A DNA stretch of 64,000 nt from Gemmatimonadota bacterium (GTDB taxonomy: Bacteria > Gemmatimonadota > Gemmatimonadetes > Palauibacterales > KS3-K002). Of this stretch, positions 48,680 through 58,612 are shown piece after piece. Below the pieces are notes generated by a model. The model was not told the DNA's origin, searched no databases, and saw only the letters and a list, made by a program, of their open reading frames with translations. The stretch is from the NCBI GenBank assembly GCA_039586795.1, contig JBDHJS010000005.1, forward strand, positions 32,001 to 96,000, given 5' to 3'. Positions within the stretch are counted from its first letter, which is position 1; each line of letters begins with the position of its first letter. The position numbers and the translations under genes are program-made.

Positions 48680-49750
48680 ATGGCTCACGTCAGCCTCCGC
48701 GGGCTGAGCAAGCAATTCGACGAGACGCTAGCCGTCGACGATCTCGACCTGGAGGTCGCCGACGGCGAGTTCGTCGTGCTGGTCGGCCCATCGGGCTCCG
48801 GCAAGACAACGGCGCTGCGCCTCTTAGCGGGACTCGAGCGACCGACAGGTGGCACGATTCACATCGGCGATCGCGACGTTACAGACGTTCCGCCAAAGGA
48901 ACGTGATATCGCTATGGTGTTTCAGAACTACGCGCTCTATCCCCACATGAGCGTGTACGCCAACATGGCGTTCGGCCTGCAGGTCCGACGATTCAAGAAG
49001 GACGAAATCGATTCCCGCGTCCGCGAGGCGGCCGACATCCTCGGGATTGGGGATCTGCTGGGCAGAAAACCCGGCCAGTTGTCCGGGGGTCAGCGACAGC
49101 GGACCGCTTTGGGCCGTACCATCGTACGCCACCCGCAGGTCTTTTTGTTCGACGAGCCGCTTTCGAACCTGGACGCCGGACTGCGCGTCGAGATGCGTGC
49201 CGAGCTCTCCCAGCTGCATCGGCGATTGAACGCGACGATCCTCTACGTTACGCACGATCAAATCGAAGCGATGACGATGGGCCAACGCATCGCGATCATG
49301 AACGAGGGCCGCCTTCAACAGTGCGCCGAGCCCCTCGAAGTCTACCGCAAACCCGCCAACCGATTTGTCGCCAGCTTCATCGGATCGCCGGCAATCAACT
49401 TCTTCGACGGCACGCTCGAGAGCGCCGACGGCGGCTGGCGGTTCACGGCAAGCTCTTTCCAACTCCAACTTCCTTTGAACGGCGAACCGCCCGTCGGGGC
49501 GGTTACGCTGGGAGCGCGGCCGGAGGACTTGAAGCTCGGTGACCGGGGGACGTTCGACGCCATCGTACGTGTAGTCGAGCCAGTCGGCAGCGAAATGTAC
49601 GTGCACCTCGACTGCCCCGACGGCGCCCGGGCGGTGGCCCGCGTACCGGCAGACCAGACGGTGTCGGTGGATGAGCAGGTGGGCGTCGAGATTCCAGCGG
49701 TCAGCGTGCATCTCTTCCGACAGGACTCAGGCGAGCGGATCGGCCCATGA
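48680..49750 (+). CDS. Carbohydrate ABC transporter ATPase (MalK/UgpC-like)
   Basis: GPSGSGKT, MVFQNYALYPHM, LSGGQRQR, DEPLSNLD, TOBE tail. Confidence 0.95.
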   Translation: MAHVSLRGLSKQFDETLAVDDLDLEVADGEFVVLVGPSGSGKTTALRLLAGLERPTGGTIHIGDRDVTDVPPKERDIAMVFQNYALYPHMSVYANMAFGLQVRRFKKDEIDSRVREAADILGIGDLLGRKPGQLSGGQRQRTALGRTIVRHPQVFLFDEPLSNLDAGLRVEMRAELSQLHRRLNATILYVTHDQIEAMTMGQRIAIMNEGRLQQCAEPLEVYRKPANRFVASFIGSPAINFFDGTLESADGGWRFTASSFQLQLPLNGEPPVGAVTLGARPEDLKLGDRGTFDAIVRVVEPVGSEMYVHLDCPDGARAVARVPADQTVSVDEQVGVEIPAVSVHLFRQDSGERIGP

Positions 49751-51063
49751 GCTTGGGTCAACGTTCAGGACTTTCGGCCACGCTGCTAAGCGTGGTTTGC
49801 ATCGGCGTGATGGCGTGCGGCTGCGAATCGAATCGGGGCGACCGAACGGTGCTGCGGGTGATGGCTTGGGCGGGCCCAGACGAGCGGGCGATCGAGCAGC
49901 GCGTCATCGATCGGTTTCTGGTCGATCACCCGGACATCGAGATCGAGTTCGAGTCGATCTCGGCCAACTATCGAGAACGGTTGCTCACCTCGATCGTCGC
50001 GGGGACGCCGCCCGACGTAGCGCTCCTGGATAACGGCTCGTTTGGCGCAGCGCCGTTCATCTCCCGGGACTTGCTGGTCAACGTCGCGCCTTACCTGGAT
50101 CGCATCGGTGTCGACACCTCCGCCTACTACGGAGAGGTGCTGTCGATCTTTCGCCGACCCGGCGGCCTGTACGCTTTCCCTAAGGACTTCAACCCCATCG
50201 TCTTCTACTTGAACGTGGATTTGTTCGAGGAAGCCGGTGTCCCCCTGCCCGACACGACCTGGACCTGGGACGATTTCCTCGACATCGCTGTGAAGCTCAC
50301 ACGTGACGTGGACGGCGACGGGAGGAACGACACCTTCGGCACGCGGGTGCCACGCAATTTTTTCCTCTGGCAGCCCTGGGTATGGGCGGCAGGCGGCGAT
50401 GTTCTGAGCCCGGATGGCCTTAGGGCCAGCGGCTATCTCGATAGTCCCGAGACCGAGGCGGCGATTCAATTCCTTGCCGATCTGATCACCGTGCACGACG
50501 TCGTGCCCAGCGTCGATGTGCAACGTCAGTTGACGGGGCTGGAGCGCAACTTCTTTCTCACCGGTCGCATCGGCATGGTGACCAGCGGCCACTGGTGGCT
50601 TCCCAGAATCCGTCCGTACATCGACGACGGGCGGGTCAGGGTCGCGGTGTTACCCCCACCCCGTTACGAGGACCGCGAGCCGGTGACGGTGATCTACGCG
50701 GCGGGCTGGGCCGTGCCGCACAACACGCGGCACAAGAAGCTGGCGATCGAGTTGGCAGCGCACCTGTCATCGGTAGAGGCGCAGCGGATGCGTGCCGAGT
50801 ACGGCCTCGCCATTCCGTCTATTCGGCAGGCGCACGAAGAGTTTGCCGCAGCCGATACTTACGGCCTGGAGGAAGCCTTCCTGTTCGCGGCGCGCAACGG
50901 CCGTATGTCCTGGGGCTCCTCGGTGGAGGACTGGGCGCACGTCGAGGTTCAGATGCCCGACATCTTCGACCGGGTAATCTTCGAGGGTGAGCCACTGCAC
51001 GATGTGACGATCGAGATCGCTCGCCGCATCGATGAGATACTGGCGACGCCGGGAACACGCTGA
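49747..51063 (+). CDS. Carbohydrate ABC substrate-binding lipoprotein
   Basis: Lipobox-like MACGC; F...HPDI, G.PPD, N.DLF.EAGV..P...WTW. Confidence 0.9.
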   Translation: MSLGQRSGLSATLLSVVCIGVMACGCESNRGDRTVLRVMAWAGPDERAIEQRVIDRFLVDHPDIEIEFESISANYRERLLTSIVAGTPPDVALLDNGSFGAAPFISRDLLVNVAPYLDRIGVDTSAYYGEVLSIFRRPGGLYAFPKDFNPIVFYLNVDLFEEAGVPLPDTTWTWDDFLDIAVKLTRDVDGDGRNDTFGTRVPRNFFLWQPWVWAAGGDVLSPDGLRASGYLDSPETEAAIQFLADLITVHDVVPSVDVQRQLTGLERNFFLTGRIGMVTSGHWWLPRIRPYIDDGRVRVAVLPPPRYEDREPVTVIYAAGWAVPHNTRHKKLAIELAAHLSSVEAQRMRAEYGLAIPSIRQAHEEFAAADTYGLEEAFLFAARNGRMSWGSSVEDWAHVEVQMPDIFDRVIFEGEPLHDVTIEIARRIDEILATPGTR

Positions 51064-51067
51064 CACG

Positions 51068-53254
51068 ATGAAACGGCTGCGCGCGTCCCTCCTGCTACTC
51101 GTCGCTCTCCCCGCCCTGGCCTTCGCCGTGGCTGGCATCGCGGTGGTAGTCAGCAGTCGAGCTTCGCTTCAGCCCGTGCTGGATCGGCACGCCGCGACCC
51201 GTGCCGCTGAGTATTTTCGGTACTACAGATCGAGCCGCCTGGCGGAGATGCCCGAGTCACTCGACCGACTCGAGGCTGGGGCCGCGGAACTGGATGTCGA
51301 GCGCTACACCATCTACGACGATGCGGGCCGCGTTACCGAAACGTACCCACTCAACGCGCCACCGCTGCCGCTCGCCATCGATACGGAACAGAGCGCGCCG
51401 ATGCTGGATGCCGCCCGGCGTGGCCACGCCGTTCTGGACCTGATGGCCATCGACGGCCAGCCCGTATGGCTCGCTTACTTGCCCGGAAACGAGCAGATCG
51501 CCGTCGTGCTGCGAGACGTTAGCCCGGAGCTGGCGGAGAGATTCGCAGAGCGCACCGGCTATGATCTGGCGCTTTACCTGGACGCTTCCCTCGTGCAGGC
51601 GAGCGGTGGAAGCTTTGTCGAGGCGCTCCCTGCGACGCTGACCGACTCGCTCGCAAGCTTCGATCGCGCGCTTGCCGTGGAGCTTGCCCGTGCACCGATT
51701 GCCGTGGCGCCGATTAAGGACTTCGACGATTGGGATGCGACGGGTGCAGTCGTCGTTCGAGCGGGCGAAGGTGCGCCGCTGCCGCCCCCGCCGTCGCTTC
51801 CAAACGCGCCCATCGCTCCAATGTCTGCGCTGGTACTCGCCGCGGCGGCGACCCTTCTCATCGTCTGGCGGGTCACTCGCACTTCAAGTACGGAACGCCG
51901 CGCGCAGAACCTTCGTCGCGGCTTTGCCATCGCCTTGGCCCCCCCGGCGCTGGCGGCCTTCTGGTTGGTCCAAGCGGATGCTGAGATGTCGGCTCGGGCC
52001 ACCGACGCGATGATCGAGGTCAGCTACCGCTGCATCACCCTTATGACCATCGAGGAACCTGACAGCATACCCGCGAACGTCGCCGCCGCATTCCTGGGAA
52101 CCGATCTGGTGGTCACCGACGGGCCGACGGTCCTCGAGGCCAGCCGACCGGAACTCGCCACAGCAGACTACTCGGGTCTCGAACCTGGTATCGGACGCGC
52201 GAACGTCGCCGGGCGTCGAATGGCCTACGCGAAAACAGAGGGCGGCGGAGCCTGGCCCATCCTGTTGACGACGCCGCTGGAGGATGCTCGCAAGACCACC
52301 CTCTTCTGGCTTGCCGGGCTCTACGGACTGCTCGCCGTCGGCGTGCTGATCTACGCCAGCCTCGCCTTCGCGGCGGAGAACGCGATCGAGCTCAGAGAAG
52401 CGAAGACGGCCTGGCGATTCGTGTCGCCATCGATGATTCTGCTGTTGCTGTTCTCCGCGGCGCCGCTGCTCTTCGCCTTCTACTTGAGCTTCCACCGCTG
52501 GAACCTGTTGGAGCCGGCGAAGCCGTTCGTCGGCCTGGATCACTACATCGATCTGGCGCGGGACGGACTGTTTTGGAACGCGGCGAAGAACACGGCGATC
52601 TATTCTCTCTATGTACCGGCGACGATGGTCTTTGCGCTGGCGGTCGCCATCCTGCTTAACCGAAAGATCAAGGGCGTGGCGCTGCTGCGCGCTGTCTTCT
52701 TCTTGCCGTACATCACGAGCTTCGTTGCGATCTCGATCGTCTGGCAATGGATGTACGATCCGGATTTCGGGTTGTTCAACTGGTCGCTGGGCCTCGTCGG
52801 CCTGGGGCCGTTCCCGTGGCTCAACAGTCCGTCGACGGCGCTGCTGGCGCTGATCATCATGGCCGTGTGGATCCACATCGGTTTCCAGATGATCATCTTC
52901 CTGGCGGGGCTACAAGCGATACCCGGCGAGTTCTATGAAGCGGCGATGATCGACGGCGCGGGCCCCTGGCGCCGTTTCTGGCGGATCACGCTGCCGCTCT
53001 TGAAGCCGACTACGTTCTTCGTGCTGGTCACTTCGATCATCGGGTCGTTTCAAGTATTCACGTTCGTCTACGTGATGACGGAAGGTGGGCCATTGCATGC
53101 GACCGATGTCATCGTCTACCACATCTACCAGAACGCCTGGCAGTTCCTGCGCATGGGCTACGCATCGGCGATGAGCTGGGTGCTGTTCGCGGTGATCTTC
53201 GTGATCACCCTACTGCAGTTCAGGTTCCTGGGCAGAAGAACGGCACCTAGCTGA
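51068..53254 (+). CDS. Carbohydrate ABC permease with about 450-aa N-terminal multi-TM/extracytoplasmic extension
   Basis: C-terminal CUT1 core FVGL..Y, LAGLQ.IP...YEAA.IDGA..W.RF..ITLPLL.P. Confidence 0.85.
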   Translation: MKRLRASLLLLVALPALAFAVAGIAVVVSSRASLQPVLDRHAATRAAEYFRYYRSSRLAEMPESLDRLEAGAAELDVERYTIYDDAGRVTETYPLNAPPLPLAIDTEQSAPMLDAARRGHAVLDLMAIDGQPVWLAYLPGNEQIAVVLRDVSPELAERFAERTGYDLALYLDASLVQASGGSFVEALPATLTDSLASFDRALAVELARAPIAVAPIKDFDDWDATGAVVVRAGEGAPLPPPPSLPNAPIAPMSALVLAAAATLLIVWRVTRTSSTERRAQNLRRGFAIALAPPALAAFWLVQADAEMSARATDAMIEVSYRCITLMTIEEPDSIPANVAAAFLGTDLVVTDGPTVLEASRPELATADYSGLEPGIGRANVAGRRMAYAKTEGGGAWPILLTTPLEDARKTTLFWLAGLYGLLAVGVLIYASLAFAAENAIELREAKTAWRFVSPSMILLLLFSAAPLLFAFYLSFHRWNLLEPAKPFVGLDHYIDLARDGLFWNAAKNTAIYSLYVPATMVFALAVAILLNRKIKGVALLRAVFFLPYITSFVAISIVWQWMYDPDFGLFNWSLGLVGLGPFPWLNSPSTALLALIIMAVWIHIGFQMIIFLAGLQAIPGEFYEAAMIDGAGPWRRFWRITLPLLKPTTFFVLVTSIIGSFQVFTFVYVMTEGGPLHATDVIVYHIYQNAWQFLRMGYASAMSWVLFAVIFVITLLQFRFLGRRTAPS

Positions 53255-54102
53255 TGAGCGAGCGGGCAGCAGCAACGGTCGCACGGCGTCGCGCCGTGAA
53301 CGTCACCACCTACGGGTTGGCGATTGCGCTGGGCATCTCGATGCTGGTGCCATTCCTCTGGATGGTCTCCACGTCGCTGATGGACGAGTTCGAGGTTTTT
53401 CGCTTCCCACCCCAGCTGGTGCCCGGCGATCCGACTTGGAGCAACTACCCGCACGCGCTCACCGCCGCGCCGTTCGCCCGTTTCTTTCTCAATTCGGCGG
53501 TGATGTCGCTGTTCATGGTGACCGGCCATCTGTTCACCGCGGCGACGGCGGGCTACGCATTCGCGCGCCTCCGCTTCCCGGGCCGCGACAAAGTGTTCAT
53601 CCTCTTCCTCGCGAACTTGATGGTGCCGGTCATCGTCTTATTGATCCCGCGTTTCTTACTGATCAACGCGATAGGGTGGGTGGACACGTACATGGGCCTC
53701 ATCATCACCGAACTGGTCAGCGTGTGGGGAATCTTCCTGATGAGGCAGTACTTCCTGTCGATCCCACGGGACCTGGAGGACGCTGCTCGCATCGATGGAG
53801 CGAACGAATGGCAGGTGTTTTGGAACGTCGCGCTGCCGCTGGCCAAGCCGGCGCTGGCGACCGTCGCCCTGTTTTCGTTCGTCGAGACATGGAAGAGCTT
53901 TCTGTGGCCGCTCATCGTCACTCGCTCGATGGCGATGCGGCCGGTAGAGGTGGGTATCGCCGCCTTCCATGGCCTGTACTACAGCAACTGGCCCTACCAG
54001 ATGGCCGCCGCCGTGGTGGCGGTGGTTCCCATCCTCCTGCTCTTCCTGTTCACGCAACGCTACTTCGTTCGCGGGATCCAACTCGCCGGGCTCAAGGGCT
54101 AG
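53254..54102 (+). CDS. Carbohydrate ABC permease (MalG-like)
   Basis: AGYAFAR..F.GR, F.MRQ.F..IP.DLEDAA.IDGA. Confidence 0.95.
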   Translation: MSERAAATVARRRAVNVTTYGLAIALGISMLVPFLWMVSTSLMDEFEVFRFPPQLVPGDPTWSNYPHALTAAPFARFFLNSAVMSLFMVTGHLFTAATAGYAFARLRFPGRDKVFILFLANLMVPVIVLLIPRFLLINAIGWVDTYMGLIITELVSVWGIFLMRQYFLSIPRDLEDAARIDGANEWQVFWNVALPLAKPALATVALFSFVETWKSFLWPLIVTRSMAMRPVEVGIAAFHGLYYSNWPYQMAAAVVAVVPILLLFLFTQRYFVRGIQLAGLKG

Positions 54103-54203
54103 TCCCGGGCGGCAAGCCGACAGGCTCAGACTGTTCCGCACGGCTCGCGCTGGCTAGTATTTGGCCGACCGATGCCACTTAGTAGAGCTGAGAAGAGCGC
54201 TGA

Positions 54204-55313
54204 ATGGCGAATTCGTTGACCATCGTTCAAGTCATGGGTCGTCTTGGGATTGGCGGCGTGGAATCACACGTGACTCGCTTGTCCGCCGGGCTGGTGGACC
54301 GCGGGCACACGGTGCTGCTCGTCGTGCAAGATCCGGACGATCATGGCGACGACGCGAGAGCGTTGGGCATCGACCTGGTGACCGCGGCGCTCAACCGCGA
54401 GGGTCTGGTGCGCGCCATCGAAACGCTGCGCCCGCTGGACGTCCACATCGTTCACGCCCACAACTATCGACCAGCCCGCTTCGGAGCGCCGCTCGCCTAT
54501 GGCCTGAACGTGCCTTACCTCATGTCGGTGCACGGCCCCCGGGCGATGTGGAAGCGTGCGTTGTTCGTCGATTGGAGCGATAGGGTCCTCACCGCCAGTG
54601 AAGCGGATAGAGACAACATTCGTGGGGCATTTGGGGTGCGGGGTAAACGGATCGAGGTCGGCTTCTACGGCGTCGACACCGAGCGTTATCGACCGGGACT
54701 CGGTTCCTCAGCGCTTCGAGACGAGTGGGGCGTGCCGGTGGATGTGCCGTTGGTTCTGAACGTCAGCCGGTTCACGCATCGCAAAGCGCGTCCCGCCCTC
54801 ATGCTGATCGAAGCGCTGCCAGAGATACGAAAAGCGGTACCCGGCACGCTAGCCGTCTTCGTAGGCGCCGGCGAGAGGTTGGAGCGGATAGTAGCGGCGG
54901 CGGAACGCCTGAACGCCAGTTTGGGCGAGCGCGTTGCGATCGTCGCCGGCCCGCGCACCGACATCCCGGCAGTGATGAACGCTGCGGATGTCGTGGTCGC
55001 GACGGCCACAACGGCCAGCGAGTCTTTGGCAACGTCGTCTCCGACAATAGCGTTCGGGCGCACCGGTTACTTCGGCATCGTCACACCGGACAGTTACGAG
55101 GCCGCCCGAGCCGTGTGCTTTGCCGATCACGGCCGCCTTCCCAAGACCACCACCTCGGGATTTGCGGCTGATGTGATAAGGCTGTTGTCCGATCTGCCGG
55201 CGGCGCGCCAGGCGGCCGGCGCGGTCCGCCAGATCATCGCAGCCAAGTACACCGTGGACCACATGATCGATCACATCGAGGGCGTTTATCGCAGCGTGAT
55301 CGGGGCGGCCTGA
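54204..55313 (+). CDS. Glycosyltransferase family 4
   Basis: GGVE.HV, VHAH, GVD..RY.P, R.DIP.VM.AAD. Confidence 0.85.
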   Translation: MANSLTIVQVMGRLGIGGVESHVTRLSAGLVDRGHTVLLVVQDPDDHGDDARALGIDLVTAALNREGLVRAIETLRPLDVHIVHAHNYRPARFGAPLAYGLNVPYLMSVHGPRAMWKRALFVDWSDRVLTASEADRDNIRGAFGVRGKRIEVGFYGVDTERYRPGLGSSALRDEWGVPVDVPLVLNVSRFTHRKARPALMLIEALPEIRKAVPGTLAVFVGAGERLERIVAAAERLNASLGERVAIVAGPRTDIPAVMNAADVVVATATTASESLATSSPTIAFGRTGYFGIVTPDSYEAARAVCFADHGRLPKTTTSGFAADVIRLLSDLPAARQAAGAVRQIIAAKYTVDHMIDHIEGVYRSVIGAA

Positions 55314-56428
55314 TGCGCCTGCTGGCTGTCAACTCGACCCGCATCTGGGGCGGCGCCGAGGTCTTCTTCCAGATATTGTGCACGGCGATGGCCGACCGAG
55401 GCCACGAAGTGACGCTCGTCTGTCACCCCGACAGCGAGTTACGTCGCCGCATCATCGGAGACGATCGCATCCGTATCGCGCCGCTAGCGATTCGCGCCGA
55501 GCTCAACTATTTCCGCTCGCTACAGCTCGCCACGATCCTGCACGATGTTCGGCCGGACGTGCTACTGGCTCACCGACCAAAGGACGTCAAGATCAGTTCC
55601 GTGGCGCGCTGGCTGGCCAAAGGCATGCCGATCGTGCACCTCAAGTTGTACGGTGAGCCGCTGAAGAGCCGGTTCGACTTTCGGTTCTTCTGGAAGCGTG
55701 AGGTGGACGCGATGGTGGCGGCGTCGCACGAGACGTTCCATCGATTGCGCGAGGATGCGCCCTGGCTGGGCGATATGCCCGTGGAAGTGATTCACAACGC
55801 AGTCGATACGAACAGGTTTAGGCCGTTGCCAGAGCTACGCGAACGCGCGCGAGCCCAGCTCGGCAACTCCCACGATGTCCTCGTTGTCAGCTACCATGGT
55901 CGACTGGCTCCGCCCAAGCGGGTCGACCTGGCGGTACGGGCGATCGCCGCCGCAGCGCGGCAAGCGCGAGTCCGCGGGCTGATCATCGGCGACGGACCGG
56001 AAGGTCGCGCGCTCCGCGAGCTTGCTATCGAGCTGGAGGCGCCTGTCACGTTCGTTGGCTTTCGCGATGACGTGCCCGACCTGCTCGCCGGCTGTGACGT
56101 GGAGATCACGATGTCGGAGATCGAAGGAAGCACACCGATGTCGGTTCTTGAGGCGATGGCGTGCGGGCTACCCGTCATTGCCAGCGACGCAACATCTCAC
56201 CCGGAAGCGGTGGAGGAGGGTTGTGGGGCGCTGGTCGAACCGGGCACTCCCGAGGGTGCGGCGAAAGCGATTCTGGCCCTGGCGGACGATCCGGCGAAGC
56301 GCAGAGCGAAGGGTGAGGCGGCGCGAGCCCGCGCCGTGGAGCAGTTCGGCATCGATAAGATGATCGACCGTTACGAGGCGTTCATTCGGCAGGTGATCGG
56401 GCGAGGGCAGGCGCAGTCGCGCTCCTGA
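55313..56428 (+). CDS. Glycosyltransferase family 4
   Basis: WGGAE, HN.VD, GRL...KR, EG..M..LEAMACG.PV. Confidence 0.9.
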   Translation: MRLLAVNSTRIWGGAEVFFQILCTAMADRGHEVTLVCHPDSELRRRIIGDDRIRIAPLAIRAELNYFRSLQLATILHDVRPDVLLAHRPKDVKISSVARWLAKGMPIVHLKLYGEPLKSRFDFRFFWKREVDAMVAASHETFHRLREDAPWLGDMPVEVIHNAVDTNRFRPLPELRERARAQLGNSHDVLVVSYHGRLAPPKRVDLAVRAIAAAARQARVRGLIIGDGPEGRALRELAIELEAPVTFVGFRDDVPDLLAGCDVEITMSEIEGSTPMSVLEAMACGLPVIASDATSHPEAVEEGCGALVEPGTPEGAAKAILALADDPAKRRAKGEAARARAVEQFGIDKMIDRYEAFIRQVIGRGQAQSRS

Positions 56429-57490
56429 TCATACCTTTGCTTTCACGTAGTGCGAGATCGCGCGGTCCAACTTCTCGCAGACCATCTCCACGGTTACCCG
56501 CCCCATTCCATCCGGACGATAGTTCATGTTGATCGGGTAGTCTTCGTCGGGATGCTTCGCGTACCCGTCGACGACTAGATCCTCATAGAGCCGGTACGGT
56601 CCCGACCGCTTCGGGTTGGTGTAGCCGTAAAGCCCGACGACGGGCGTTTCGAGGGCCCGGGAGATGTGCAGGGGGCCGGTGTCCGGGCTGACCAACAAGT
56701 CGCTGCCGTCGATCAGGTAGATCAGCCGGCGCAGGTTGTCGCCCAGCATGCTGATCGGTTTCACCCGTGCCTGCTCCATCACCTCACGCGCCGCCGCTCG
56801 TTCGCCGGCTGACGGGCCGCCGATGATCACGGATTGGAATCCGAAGTCGCCTTCGATGATCTCGAGCAATCTGGCGTAACGTTCCGCCGGCCAGTCCTTC
56901 CGCGGCTTGCTGGTTCCCAAAACGACGGAGCAGACCGGCCGATCGATCTTCTCGAAGAACTGTCGCTGTGCTTCCCGCTCTTCTTCGGTGATGGCGATCC
57001 CCCACTCCGGCGTGGCGTGTGGTACACCAAGATGATCGAGGAACTCGAAGTATTGGTCCTGCACATGCTGGTTCTCGTGCGGCGGGATGCGATGTGTGGT
57101 GAAGAGCCAATTCAGATCGCGGGCGCGCCGGCGATCAAACCCGAGCTTGACCTTCGAGCGGGTGAACCATGTGAGAAGACCCGCCTTGAAGTATACCTGC
57201 AGATCGATCACCAGGTCGTAACGGTGCTTTCTCAACTCGCGCCGCGTCTCCGTCAGGCTCGAGGCGATGCCCAGGCCGCGTTTGCGCCCGAAGATGATGA
57301 AATCGTCGATTGTCGGGTGATTGTGAACAAGACGGTGCGGCACGCGCTGAATCACCCACGTGAGCCTGGCGCCGGGCACCGCACGACGGAGCGCGTTGGC
57401 CACGGGAAGCACATGAACGGCGTCGCCGATGGCGCTCAACATGACGATCGCCACCCGCGGGTTGTCCTTCTTGAGAGTCTCAGCGGGCAT
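56429..57490 (-). CDS. Glycosyltransferase family 9 (LPS heptosyltransferase-like)
   Basis: SAIGDAVH, DL.IDLQ, K.W, SPDTGPLH. Confidence 0.9.
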   Translation of the reverse strand: MPAETLKKDNPRVAIVMLSAIGDAVHVLPVANALRRAVPGARLTWVIQRVPHRLVHNHPTIDDFIIFGRKRGLGIASSLTETRRELRKHRYDLVIDLQVYFKAGLLTWFTRSKVKLGFDRRRARDLNWLFTTHRIPPHENQHVQDQYFEFLDHLGVPHATPEWGIAITEEEREAQRQFFEKIDRPVCSVVLGTSKPRKDWPAERYARLLEIIEGDFGFQSVIIGGPSAGERAAAREVMEQARVKPISMLGDNLRRLIYLIDGSDLLVSPDTGPLHISRALETPVVGLYGYTNPKRSGPYRLYEDLVVDGYAKHPDEDYPINMNYRPDGMGRVTVEMVCEKLDRAISHYVKAKV

Positions 57491-57509
57491 CAACGGGACT
57501 TACGCATCC

Positions 57510-57893
57510 TCACTCTGGCGGCAGGCCGAGCCACTCCCGAGCCGTCTCCATATCACGAAAGACCTGCACGTGTTCTACATTCTGCTCGGTGAACATCTGG
57601 TACATGCGCGCCGTACCGAAGACGGCATCTTCCGATGCGACTATCGCCAGTCTGTGCTCGCCGAGCCTGCTGGCATGTTCTTTGTCCATGACCGCGAAGT
57701 GCCGGACGCCTTCCGGCGTCACGTCGAGGCTCTCGATCCCGCGGACATCGGACAGCTGCTTCAGGTCGGGGCGAAAATCAGGATCCTTAACGAGCTGCTC
57801 CTTGTGTCGGATCATCTCCTCATCCGTGAGAACACCGGTGATCGTCGTGAACACGGCACCCAACTCCAAATCGATCCTGTAGGTTATCGGCAT
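57510..57893 (-). CDS. Small STAS/SEC14-like hypothetical protein
   Basis: G.LT, L.D.R, R.AIV.....FG.ARM, VF.D...A..WL. Confidence 0.7.
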   Translation of the reverse strand: MPITYRIDLELGAVFTTITGVLTDEEMIRHKEQLVKDPDFRPDLKQLSDVRGIESLDVTPEGVRHFAVMDKEHASRLGEHRLAIVASEDAVFGTARMYQMFTEQNVEHVQVFRDMETAREWLGLPPE

Positions 57894-58050
57894 GGCCCTG
57901 ACCATCCTCCTTCAAATTCGCACTGGCCAAGCCGGGCGGCCGACCGACACACCGCCATGCTTGGGGCTATCGCTCGGCGACTATAACACTAAGTCACTCT
58001 GTATCGCAAAATTCCCTTGCCCTTCCGCGCCAGCGGTGTAGCATAAGGGC

Positions 58051-58605
58051 ATGCAAAAGGTCAAAGGCTCAGTTCTCAGATCACGGTTGGAGTTCGTCGA
58101 GGAGAAGTTCGGCGCGGACGCTCTGCAGAACGTGATGCAGAGTCTCAGCGCCGAGGATCAGCAGGCGCTGAACAACATGCTCCCGTCGAGCTGGCTACCG
58201 TTTGAGGTCGGCAGGAACCTTGACGACGAGATCGTGAAGGTCGTGGGTGGCGGCAAGATCGAGTTCTTCGAGCAGTTGGGCGTGGCGTCAGCGGAGAAGA
58301 ACCTGACGACCGTCCACAGCGCGTTCCTCACACCGGACGACCCACACGGGTTCCTGAAGAAGGCGCCGCAGATCTACCGCCTATACTACCAGACTGGGCG
58401 GCGCGAGTACGAGAAGGTGGGCGAGAAGGAAGCCGTTCTCACGACCCACGAGGCGGAGACGTTCTCGAACCCCGACTGTTCGACGGTGATCGGCTGGTAC
58501 AAGCGGGCGCTGGAGTATTGCGGCGCGGTGAACCCGCAGGTCGTCGAGGAAGAGTGCCGCGCCAGGGGCAGCGAGGTCTGTCGTTACCGGGTAACCTGGG
58601 AGTAG
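58051..58605 (+). CDS. DUF2378/TIGR02265-like protein with V4R-type C-terminus
   Basis: VKG, FG, L.SSW.P, G...A, YY..G, GW, ECRARG...C.Y...W. Confidence 0.65.
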   Translation: MQKVKGSVLRSRLEFVEEKFGADALQNVMQSLSAEDQQALNNMLPSSWLPFEVGRNLDDEIVKVVGGGKIEFFEQLGVASAEKNLTTVHSAFLTPDDPHGFLKKAPQIYRLYYQTGRREYEKVGEKEAVLTTHEAETFSNPDCSTVIGWYKRALEYCGAVNPQVVEEECRARGSEVCRYRVTWE

Positions 58606-58612
58606 GCCTAGC

